Shown one piece after another: positions 39,055 to 47,194 of a stretch of DNA of 64,000 nt (the stretch's first letter is position 1; every line of letters begins with the position of its first letter). The notes beneath the pieces were generated by a model. That model did not search any database, was not told the DNA's origin, and saw nothing but the letters and a program-made list of their open reading frames with translations. This stretch comes from Desulfovibrionales bacterium (lineage in GTDB: Bacteria > Desulfobacterota > QYQD01): assembly GCA_028715605.1 (NCBI GenBank), contig JAQURM010000008.1, positions 39,474-103,473 on the forward strand, written 5' to 3'. The translations under genes and the position numbers were made by a program.

Positions 39055-40089
39055 ATGGCAATGCCGTGCTACCTCCAGACGGGTCAGGCCCGGTGCTACG
39101 ATGCGGCCGGCCGTGAGATCCCCTGCGCCGGGAGCGGCCAGGATGCCGAATTTAAAAAAGGCACGCCATGGCCGGAGGGGCGTTTTGCGGTCAAGGCGGA
39201 GGTTGTTCTGGATCGCCTGACCGGGCTAATATGGAGTCGCAATGCCGATTCGGCCGGGTTTCCATTGCCGTGGGGGGAGGCCCTGGACTTTGTAGCGGCT
39301 ATGAACGGCGAGCGTGCCTTGGGGTTTACGGACTGGCGGCTGCCCAACCGGCGGGAGCTGCGCAGCCTCCTGAGCCACCAGACCAGGAAACCTGCCCTGT
39401 CCGATGGCCACCCTTTTACCAATGTCTTTCCCGGCTGGTACTGGACTTCCACAAGCGCGGCCATTAACCATGCCTATGCCTGGTATGTGCACATGGAAGG
39501 GGGCCGCATGTTTTACGGCCGGAAAGATGAATATCACCTCCTCTGGCCGGTGCGGGGAGAAAGTAGTGTTCTGCCGGTTACAGGGCAGAGGCGTTGTTTT
39601 GATGCAGAGGGTCGGGAGGTCGGTTGCGGCGGCCAGGAGATGCCTGCGGCCTTTCGTGGGCAGGATGGGGAGATAGAATCCGGCTGTCCCTGGCCTGTGC
39701 CCCGCTTCGACGTTCAGGGTGAAACGGCTATAGACCGCCTCACCGGGCTCAGATGGATGCGGAAGGCGGATCTGGCCGGACGCGGAGTGGCCTGGCCGGA
39801 TGCCTTCAAGGCGGTAGAGTCGTTAAACCGGGTTGGCCTGGGCGGGAGCAGCCAATGGCGTCTGCCGAATATAAACGAACTGGAATCGCTTGTGGATTGT
39901 TCGGCGCACAGCCCGGCCCTTCCTTCCGGTCATCCTTTTGGAGAGGTACAGGAGGTGTACTGGTCATCCACGACCAGTGTATTCGAGCCGGACTGGGCTT
40001 GGGCGCTTTATTTGCATAAAGGGGCGGTAGGGGTAGGCCGGAAGGAGGTGGGACATTTTCATGTCTGGCCGGTATGCGACCTGCCATAG
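39055..40089 (+). CDS. DUF1566 (Lcl C-terminal-like) domain protein, two tandem repeats
   Basis: Two repeats, each with QTGQ..CYD...C.GSGQD followed by the TDWRLPNxxEL motif. No obvious signal peptide at the annotated start. Confidence 0.65.
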   Translation: MAMPCYLQTGQARCYDAAGREIPCAGSGQDAEFKKGTPWPEGRFAVKAEVVLDRLTGLIWSRNADSAGFPLPWGEALDFVAAMNGERALGFTDWRLPNRRELRSLLSHQTRKPALSDGHPFTNVFPGWYWTSTSAAINHAYAWYVHMEGGRMFYGRKDEYHLLWPVRGESSVLPVTGQRRCFDAEGREVGCGGQEMPAAFRGQDGEIESGCPWPVPRFDVQGETAIDRLTGLRWMRKADLAGRGVAWPDAFKAVESLNRVGLGGSSQWRLPNINELESLVDCSAHSPALPSGHPFGEVQEVYWSSTTSVFEPDWAWALYLHKGAVGVGRKEVGHFHVWPVCDLP

Positions 40090-40252
40090 GCGGCACAAAT
40101 TTTTGCAGCCTCGCGCCGCAATACATCCCAAGAAGTCCCAAAAACCATTCCAAATATATTTCTCTTTCCAAAACCAGGCCGCATAAAAATTTTCACACAG
40201 TCGAAGGATTTCTGTCCACAAGTTGTTTATACATATAAACTGAGTGAAAAAG

Positions 40253-40278
40253 GAGGTAGTCTATAGAGGTAGTCTATA
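40253..40278 (+). repeat. Perfect 13 bp tandem direct repeat (gaggtagtctata x2) about 160 bp upstream of the ECF sigma gene
   Basis: 40253-40265 is identical to 40266-40278. Confidence 0.8.
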
Positions 40279-40437
40279 ATGGAGACGACTCCAGTGTTGA
40301 CATACCCTGGACTAAGCGTTGGACCCTTGGTAAAAAGCGCTACGACCACGTGGAATATGGGTGCCGCATTCCTGGCGGGAATCATACTCTACCAGGCGCT
40401 TGAGCAGAAACGGATAAGGGTGTAAGCTGCAGCGGAG

Positions 40438-40986
40438 ATGGGTAAGGCTCTCGAATACAGCGACAAGTCGGATGAGGAGTTGATGGCGCTGATAGCGCGA
40501 AGGGATTATAACGCCGTTGCCACGATGGTTTCTCGTCACCAACGCGGTCTACTCAACCTTTTCTATCGCTACACCAACGATCGGTTGCTGGCTGAGGACC
40601 TGACTCAGGAGGTTTTCCTGCGGGTGTACAAATCGGCGCCGCTATATGAGTCGCGATCACTCTTTAAGGTTTGGCTCTACCGCATTGCCAAAAACGTTTG
40701 TTTGAACGAGCTTAAGGCCCTGCGGGTACTGGAGAAGTTAGCGGAACAGAAGGCGGAACCCGAATCTCCACAGGAGAAGGCGATCCAGGCGGAAAGGGAG
40801 ACCCGCGTCAGGCAGGCTATAGAGAGGCTCCCGGAAAGACAGAGATTGGCCCTTATCCTGTGCCGCTTTCAGGGGCTTTCCCAGGAGGAGGCAGCCGAGG
40901 TGATGGAGACGACCTCCGAGGCAATTGAAAGTCTGCTGACCAGGGCGAAGGCAAGATTGAGGTCGGCTCTGGCTGACCTGCAATAG
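40438..40986 (+). CDS. ECF-subfamily RNA polymerase sigma-70 factor
   Basis: Region 2 (DLTQEVFLRVYKS...FKVWLYRIAKN) and region 4 (LPERQRLALILCRFQGLSQEEAAEVM). Confidence 0.85.
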   Translation: MGKALEYSDKSDEELMALIARRDYNAVATMVSRHQRGLLNLFYRYTNDRLLAEDLTQEVFLRVYKSAPLYESRSLFKVWLYRIAKNVCLNELKALRVLEKLAEQKAEPESPQEKAIQAERETRVRQAIERLPERQRLALILCRFQGLSQEEAAEVMETTSEAIESLLTRAKARLRSALADLQ

Positions 40987-41002
40987 TAATGTACAGGAGA
41001 AG

Positions 41003-41326
41003 ATGATGGAATGCAAAAAGGCAAGAACAATGATTGAGGCACGCAGGAAAGACAAAGAACTTGTTGCACACCTGGAGGTCTGCGCCGATTGCCGGGGAGA
41101 GCGTGCCCTCTGGAACCTGTTAGGTGAGGCCCAGGGGCTTGAGCCAGGGCTTGAATTTACTGAGCAGGTGCTGGAGAAGTTGAAGGAGGAAGAGCGGCGC
41201 ACATCCTGGGGGCATATCAAGGATAGGTTGGGCAGAGGTTTTATCTGGAGCGGAACCCTGGATGAATTCTCGGATTTTCCTCCGGACTCCTTCGGGGCAT
41301 TTCTCTTTGGTTCGAGGAGGGCCTGA
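41003..41326 (+). CDS. Putative zinc-finger (zf-HC2) anti-sigma factor
   Basis: VAHLEVCADCRGE is an H-x3-C-x2-C motif. Lies immediately downstream of the ECF sigma gene. Confidence 0.55.
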   Translation: MMECKKARTMIEARRKDKELVAHLEVCADCRGERALWNLLGEAQGLEPGLEFTEQVLEKLKEEERRTSWGHIKDRLGRGFIWSGTLDEFSDFPPDSFGAFLFGSRRA

Positions 41327-41328
41327 GT

Positions 41329-41775
41329 ATGATTTCGGTAGAAGGATTTCTTGTTGGGATAATTTTCGGGGCGGCCGCCGCCTGCGGCACCATATACGGG
41401 GTCAAAAAATGGTGTAGGCGGGAGATACGCGGCTATCTCGACCTGATAAACCTCACCGCGGATCAAAGACACAAGGTTGAAAAGATACGCGAGGGTTTTC
41501 TGCCACGCGTAGCTGGAATCCGGCAGGAGCTGCGCCGCCGCAGGATGCATCTGGCCGATTTGCTTTTCTCCACTCCATTAGATCACGAAGAAATCAGGGC
41601 TGCAGTGGAAGAGATATCAGGCCTCCAGCTCAAACTAGAGCAGGAGGTCATCGAGCATATTATCGAGGAAAATGAAATTCTTACCTTGGAGCAACAGAGC
41701 CGGTTTCATGGGGTGATCATTGAGCAGTTCCGGGGCGGCGGCCTGGGCATCCACGATGTGCCGGGACGGCGATAA
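41329..41775 (+). CDS. Periplasmic LTXXQ-motif (Spy/CpxP-like) protein
   Basis: N-terminal transmembrane/signal segment; LTADQ and LTLEQQ motifs. Confidence 0.55.
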   Translation: MISVEGFLVGIIFGAAAACGTIYGVKKWCRREIRGYLDLINLTADQRHKVEKIREGFLPRVAGIRQELRRRRMHLADLLFSTPLDHEEIRAAVEEISGLQLKLEQEVIEHIIEENEILTLEQQSRFHGVIIEQFRGGGLGIHDVPGRR

Positions 41776-41871
41776 GAGCCATCTTCTATTGAGAGGTATG
41801 AAACCAGATATGTTCGCATAGAGCCATTCAGTGACAGGAAACCCGACTCAATTCCTTAAAGGAGCACGAAC

Positions 41872-42402
41872 ATGACATCCCTCAGAAATATCTTCCTGGC
41901 CTTCTTCAAAATAGGCACCTTTTCCTTCGGCGGCGTCTATTCCATGATTGCGTTTTTCGAGCGCGAATTGGTCGAACGGCGGAAGTGGATTACCCATGAT
42001 GAGTTCATAGAAAGCTTTGCTCTCGGCTCGATGACCCCTGGCCCCCCCATCGTCAACACGGGTATCTGTATCGGTTACAAGCTGCACAGGCTTCCCGGGG
42101 TACTGGTAGCTACCCTGGGACAGGCCTTTACCGGCACGGTATTGGCCATTATACTGGCGGCCTTCTACCTCCAGGCAAAAGACAATCCCTTGCTCCAGTC
42201 GGTAATGAAAGGCGTGGCTGCAGCGGTGGTCGGACTCCTGGGGTCTATCATCTATAAGATGGCAAAGAAGCTGGTCACCGGCTATAAGAGCGTGGCGTTG
42301 GCAGTTGGCGCCTTTGGCGCGTTGGCCATTTTTAAGCTTAACCCCATCGGCATTATTCTGGCGGCTGGTGTTCTTGGCCTGATTCTCAATTGGAGGCGCT
42401 AA
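41872..42402 (+). CDS. chrA: Chromate transporter family protein, first half (short-chain ChrA)
   Basis: FGGVYSMIAFFERELVERRKWITHDEF signature; 176 aa. Confidence 0.8.
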   Translation: MTSLRNIFLAFFKIGTFSFGGVYSMIAFFERELVERRKWITHDEFIESFALGSMTPGPPIVNTGICIGYKLHRLPGVLVATLGQAFTGTVLAIILAAFYLQAKDNPLLQSVMKGVAAAVVGLLGSIIYKMAKKLVTGYKSVALAVGAFGALAIFKLNPIGIILAAGVLGLILNWRR

Positions 42403-42403
42403 A

Positions 42404-42919
42404 ATGGAAATACTGAAGCTTGCTGCTATCTTGTTTGTGATAAACGGCCTGACTATCGGCGGTGGATATGCCATGGTGCCGTTGCTTCAAAAAGAGCTGG
42501 TAGAGAATCACCATTGGCTGACGAACAAGGAATTCATCGACGCCATCGCCATTGGCCAGGTTACACCGGGGCCGCTTACGGTCATGAACGCCTTCATGGG
42601 TTTTAAGGTCGGGGGCCTGCTTGGGGCGATCATAGCCATGGTGGCCAGCTACCTGCCGAGCATCATCATTGTCACTCTGGTAACGAGACACTACCTCCAG
42701 TACAAAGAGTCATGGATCGTCAAGGGCTCGTTCGCAGGGATCAAGCCAGCGATAGTGGGGCTCCTGGCGGCTGTACTCATCTTTCTGGGAAAGAGTTCCC
42801 TTACGAGCGTACCCTTGGGCGCTGTTGCGGCCGTGAGTTTCGGTCTTATCACTTTTACCAAGATCGATCCGACCTTCATTATCATCAGTTCCGGCATCCT
42901 GGGGGCTTTTCTGTTCTAG
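42404..42919 (+). CDS. chrA: Chromate transporter family protein, second half (short-chain ChrA)
   Basis: GGGYAMVPLLQKELVENHHWLTNKEF signature; 171 aa; adjacent to the first half. Confidence 0.8.
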   Translation: MEILKLAAILFVINGLTIGGGYAMVPLLQKELVENHHWLTNKEFIDAIAIGQVTPGPLTVMNAFMGFKVGGLLGAIIAMVASYLPSIIIVTLVTRHYLQYKESWIVKGSFAGIKPAIVGLLAAVLIFLGKSSLTSVPLGAVAAVSFGLITFTKIDPTFIIISSGILGAFLF

Positions 42920-43016
42920 GAGTGGTGGCACGATACGTTGTGTCGCAATTTCACAACGTATTTCAATCATAGAGATTGCCATGCTCCCTTTGGCCGCTCG
43001 CCATGCATGTTCAATA

Positions 43017-43050
43017 AAAAAAGCCGCCCGCCTGAGGCGGGCGGCTTTTT
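43017..43050. terminator. Bidirectional rho-independent terminator between chrA and the porin gene
   Basis: aaaaaaagccgcccgcctgaggcgggcggctttttcg. Confidence 0.7.
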
Positions 43051-43071
43051 CGTGTTCCTAGACGGGACAGT

Positions 43072-44586
43072 TTACGGGGTCAGGATGATGCGGAACATAG
43101 CGGCCGTTTCCTTGTCCATGGCCCGCGTAGTCTTCGTCTGTCCGGCTACCGGTTCATCTGTGTACATCGAACCCTCGGTGCTCTTGCAGTGGTTGATATC
43201 GAGCATGAGCCGGCACTTGGGGTTCCATATCCAGCGGAGGCCGCCGGTTATGGAGTAACCCTGGCTGCTTCCTTGCAGCATGGCGTTTGAGCCAGTAAAT
43301 AGCTCGTTAGAAGTGGTGTGGAAGGCATACCTGGCCAGAAGCTCCCAGGCACCCCAGGTCCCTTCCTTCAGACTGAAGTTCTTCTTCGGCTTGGGCTGTC
43401 TCCAGGAGAAGAAGACGTCCTCAATCTGCTTCTCCTCTCCGGTCAGGAAGTGGCTTATCCATACCTGGTGGACGTCGGAGTGGTAGCGGTCCGGGAATCT
43501 CCTTAAGACTCCGCCAGCAGACGAATAAGCTGTAAGGTCTTCCCACTGCACGCGGTTAAACTCGTAGCTGAACGCGGTCGGCCCGCAAAGCCAGTGGAGT
43601 TCGCCGCCGTAGCGTATACGCTTATCAAGCTCATAGTATTGTGAGGTTGTTGACGTTGGTGATATTGTTGTTAACCACCGAAACCACCGGGACTCGTAGT
43701 TTTCCGTCCGGTTGGTGGCCTCACCCCTTACCGTCTTGATGGACTGGATGCCGTCTTGATAGCTTCCGGCCAGATGCAACCCCTTCAGGTAGGAATGTCC
43801 TGAATCCTTGAAGGGTATAAGGAGAAGTCGCGCCACATAGTCCTTGTTGTTGTCATAGTCGCCCTGGTTTACATCTACGTCCACACCGGTGCCGGTGAAG
43901 GCGGCCAGAGTGGCCTGGATCTTATTGCCCAGGAAGTTTTTCTGGACCCGGATGCCCCGATCAAAGAACGGGCTGACGGGCGTACCGGTGGCATACTCCA
44001 CAAAGTTTACGTGGGCCTCTTCGGTCAGCCAGTCGGCCCCGCCGGAAGGTATCTTGAACTGCCCGATCTGGAAGCTGAGATCCGGACTGGGCTTAAACAT
44101 CCAGTAGGCATTCCGGAGGTAAGGGCTATCGGCCATCTCGATCTGGAGGCGGAAGATGTGCTCCAGATCGCCCCGGTAGTGGTAACCACGCATGTCGTAA
44201 CGGGCGCGGCGTATATCAAAACCGCTGGCGCTGCGGCCGGACTCAAACTGCCGGTAGTCGAAGTGGAGGACGCCCCCCAGTTGCAGCCTGAACTGCTTGT
44301 CCGGGGTCTCGATATTAAAGCCGTCCCTCCAGTAGGAGATAGCCCGGGTCTTCTTATCCTCTTTTAGCTGGGCCTCTTCTTTTTGTATCTGGGTGGTTAC
44401 CTTCTCTGCCTCTTCCAGCTTCTTTTCCAAAGCCCTTAATCTCTCCTGAAGGCCCTTCATCTCATCCAACTGTTTCTTTATGGCCTTCATTTCCTCCAAC
44501 AAATTCTGGTTGGTCTCAGCCATGGCCGGCACGTGCCAGGCCAGAAAGACCACCAATACTATAAAAATAAAAAATACCCTCCTCAT
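43072..44586 (-). CDS. Phosphate-selective porin O/P (OprO/OprP) family outer-membrane protein with N-terminal coiled coil
   Basis: Signal peptide, coiled-coil stretch (LEEMKAIKKQLDEMKGLQERLRALEKKLEEAEK), then a beta-barrel with a C-terminal aromatic residue. Confidence 0.65.
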   Translation of the reverse strand: MRRVFFIFIVLVVFLAWHVPAMAETNQNLLEEMKAIKKQLDEMKGLQERLRALEKKLEEAEKVTTQIQKEEAQLKEDKKTRAISYWRDGFNIETPDKQFRLQLGGVLHFDYRQFESGRSASGFDIRRARYDMRGYHYRGDLEHIFRLQIEMADSPYLRNAYWMFKPSPDLSFQIGQFKIPSGGADWLTEEAHVNFVEYATGTPVSPFFDRGIRVQKNFLGNKIQATLAAFTGTGVDVDVNQGDYDNNKDYVARLLLIPFKDSGHSYLKGLHLAGSYQDGIQSIKTVRGEATNRTENYESRWFRWLTTISPTSTTSQYYELDKRIRYGGELHWLCGPTAFSYEFNRVQWEDLTAYSSAGGVLRRFPDRYHSDVHQVWISHFLTGEEKQIEDVFFSWRQPKPKKNFSLKEGTWGAWELLARYAFHTTSNELFTGSNAMLQGSSQGYSITGGLRWIWNPKCRLMLDINHCKSTEGSMYTDEPVAGQTKTTRAMDKETAAMFRIILTP

Positions 44587-45044
44587 CTATCGCCTCCCTT
44601 TTCATAAAATTAAGTTTTCAAAAGTTACTTCGGAACTAAGCCTATACTCCAGTCATCCCCCCCTTCTTTTAGTTAGCTTTCTGCCAAGCCGGTAAAAGTT
44701 AGGCTTCCACCGGCCAAAATGAATCTCGACTCACAATTGTTTTTGCAATAAATATGCCTATATTATTTTTAACAACAGAGCCCGAAGAGAATAACATTAA
44801 GAATCATTAAGTAGGACAGATGTCCCACTTGTCCTCCGGATGGGGTTTCCAGATAAACCCTATCTAACCCTTGTTATTAAATAAATTATCTGCGTTACCG
44901 GTGGTTACTTTCTGAGGGGTTATTTAAAATGTCTTGGAATCGACGTTTGTTCCCCGCATCAGACGATGGAGATACTGCCTTTTCAGCCCTAATTCCTTTG
45001 CTGCGCGGGAGCCAGGGATACCCGGCCCGGCATCGAGATATCTG

Positions 45045-45165
45045 TCACTTGCGGGGTGTCACCTGTCCGATGGCAATTGCGTCAATGGACTCCTTGTTGG
45101 TCAGCCAATGGTGATTCTGCACCGGTTGTTTCTGCAGCAGGGGTACCATGGCATATCCACCACCG
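45045..45165 (-). pseudogene. Relic fragment of the chrA second half (about 80% nt identity to 42455-42565), in inverted orientation
   Basis: Minus-strand translation ...GGGYAMVPLLQKQPVQNHHWLTNKESIDAIAIGQVTP matches ChrA 42404 residues 19-57. Confidence 0.7.
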
Positions 45166-45195
45166 GGATTAAGCTTGATAAATTCGCAGGATATG

Positions 45196-47100
45196 CATAA
45201 GATGACAGCTATAACACTAGATAAGGGGCCGGTTATCAGAGCTAAGAAGTTTCTCATTATTGCCGTAGGCGTTTTCATTCTTGTTTCCGGCATCATCGGT
45301 TATCTGGGCTATAGCGCCAATCAGGAGATTGAAAAGACCGTAACGGATCAATTCAATCGGCAACAGCTACTCCTGGCACGCAAGATAGCCCATGACATCA
45401 ATAACCACTTTAATTTTCTCGATACCATCTTACGGCGCGTCAATCAGTTCTGGCAGCGGGGTGGGAGGAACATAGAGACAATAGAGGAAGATATCACCTC
45501 GTTCTTTCCGCTGCTCAGGGGCTGGGATGTCCTGGCGATTGTGCATTTCGGCCGGGACGAAAAGTTCCCTGTGGTTTTTACCGAGCAGGGATTTACCGGC
45601 GCGGAGGGATTAGGAATCTATTATGACGATTACCGGCGATGGGGCAGTCGGCCGGAATACAGAGACAGCATAATAATCGGCCGGACCTTTCGGGCGGAAA
45701 AAGGTATTTTTAAGGACAGATGGCTGATGCTAATGGCCACGCCCACCTGGAAACGTGCCGCCGGGCAAAAGGGCGTTCCGGCCTGGAGGTTTGAGGGCCT
45801 GACTTTTATTGTCGTTGATCCTATAGGGATCGCGCAGCGCTATACCCGGGGCGTCCGTTCGGGTGCGACAGGCTACGGATGGGTAGTTGATGACCGGGGG
45901 ATTTTTCTGGCGCACTACGAGCAGACCTTTGTTGGCGAGGATTCCTTTACCGTCAGACAAAAGAAGAACCCGGATATCTCCTATGCGAGGATAAACAGGA
46001 TCGTGCGAGAGTATCTGCTCAAAGGCAAGGAAGGAACGGATTGGTATATCTCCGGATGGCACCGCGGGGTAACCGGTGAGATGAAAAAATTATTTGCCTA
46101 TAGCCCTGTTTTCCTATCCAAAGAGGATCGGGGCAATCTATGGTCGGTGGGGGTGACCGCCCCCGTGACCGAGGTCTATGGAATCATAGAGTCGGCCATC
46201 ATAAGACAATGGCTGATTGCAGGCATCTTTCAATTGATAGTATTTTCCTGCCTGGGTGTGGCCATTTATCTTTCCCTGCGCTGGTCACGGATTCTGGCTG
46301 CGGAGGTTGACGCCAAGACTGCTGACTTGAGGCTTTCTGAGGCGGAGGTGCGGCAGGAGAGGGATAAGGTCAAAGAGAGTATGCAAAAACTCATTGAGAT
46401 GCAGGAGAGGCTTGTCCGTTCGGAGCGTTTTGCGGCCATAGGAGAGGCGGCTGCTTACCTTTCGCACGAGATAAAAAATCCTTTGATGCTTATTGGTGGA
46501 TTCGCCGGCCAGGTAGAGAAATCCCTTTCAGACGATGATGCCAACCGGGAAAAATTAGGGATAATACAGGCCGAGACCAGACGTCTGGAGTTGATGTTGG
46601 CGGAGGTCAGAGACTTTACGCGTCCGGCCAGGCCGCAAAAGGAACTGAAAAACATCAATGGAGTCATTGAAGACACGTTAGCCCTTATGGAGAACAAAAT
46701 GATTGATAAGGGCATTGAGTATGAAAAAGCCTTGGATGACCGCCTGCCGGACGTACTCTTTGATCCTCAGCAGGTCAAGCAGGTATTGATTAACCTCATC
46801 AAGAATGCCATTGAGGCTATGCCGGAGGGTGGTAAACTGGTTGTCTCGTCCGGGCGTGAAGGCGGGCAGGTTAAGGTTGCAGTCCTGGATAGCGGTATGG
46901 GTATGCCCCATGAGGTGGCTAAGAAGATATTTGATCCGTTTTTTACGACCAAGAAAAAGGGAACCGGGCTGGGACTCGCTGTTTCTCGCAAGATCATGGA
47001 AGACCATGAGGGTGAAATCTCTGTTCAGAGCGAAGAAGGAAAGTGGACCAAGATTACTATTGCCTTGCCGATTAAACCGGTTAATATGGAAGCACGCTGA
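45196..47100 (+). CDS. Sensor histidine kinase (periplasmic Cache-like sensor, transmembrane, HisKA, HATPase_c)
   Basis: SHEIKNPL H-box; DSGMGMPHEV...GTGLGL G-boxes. The start is probably at MHKMTAI (or M at 45205); the track's 45148 start is antisense to the chrA relic. Confidence 0.8.
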   Translation, partial: HKMTAITLDKGPVIRAKKFLIIAVGVFILVSGIIGYLGYSANQEIEKTVTDQFNRQQLLLARKIAHDINNHFNFLDTILRRVNQFWQRGGRNIETIEEDITSFFPLLRGWDVLAIVHFGRDEKFPVVFTEQGFTGAEGLGIYYDDYRRWGSRPEYRDSIIIGRTFRAEKGIFKDRWLMLMATPTWKRAAGQKGVPAWRFEGLTFIVVDPIGIAQRYTRGVRSGATGYGWVVDDRGIFLAHYEQTFVGEDSFTVRQKKNPDISYARINRIVREYLLKGKEGTDWYISGWHRGVTGEMKKLFAYSPVFLSKEDRGNLWSVGVTAPVTEVYGIIESAIIRQWLIAGIFQLIVFSCLGVAIYLSLRWSRILAAEVDAKTADLRLSEAEVRQERDKVKESMQKLIEMQERLVRSERFAAIGEAAAYLSHEIKNPLMLIGGFAGQVEKSLSDDDANREKLGIIQAETRRLELMLAEVRDFTRPARPQKELKNINGVIEDTLALMENKMIDKGIEYEKALDDRLPDVLFDPQQVKQVLINLIKNAIEAMPEGGKLVVSSGREGGQVKVAVLDSGMGMPHEVAKKIFDPFFTTKKKGTGLGLAVSRKIMEDHEGEISVQSEEGKWTKITIALPIKPVNMEAR

Positions 47101-47194
47101 TATCCGTAGCTTGAGCGCAGGCGATTACTGCGGGTTGGAATAGCCGGCTTTAGTAATAAGGGTTATATACCGATCCCTATTTAAAAAGTGTATC

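Noticed and set aside
41848-42474. 208-aa minus-strand ORF starting MAYPPP
   Set aside because: Antisense of the chrA1/chrA2 junction. The same artefact creates the false HK start at 45148.
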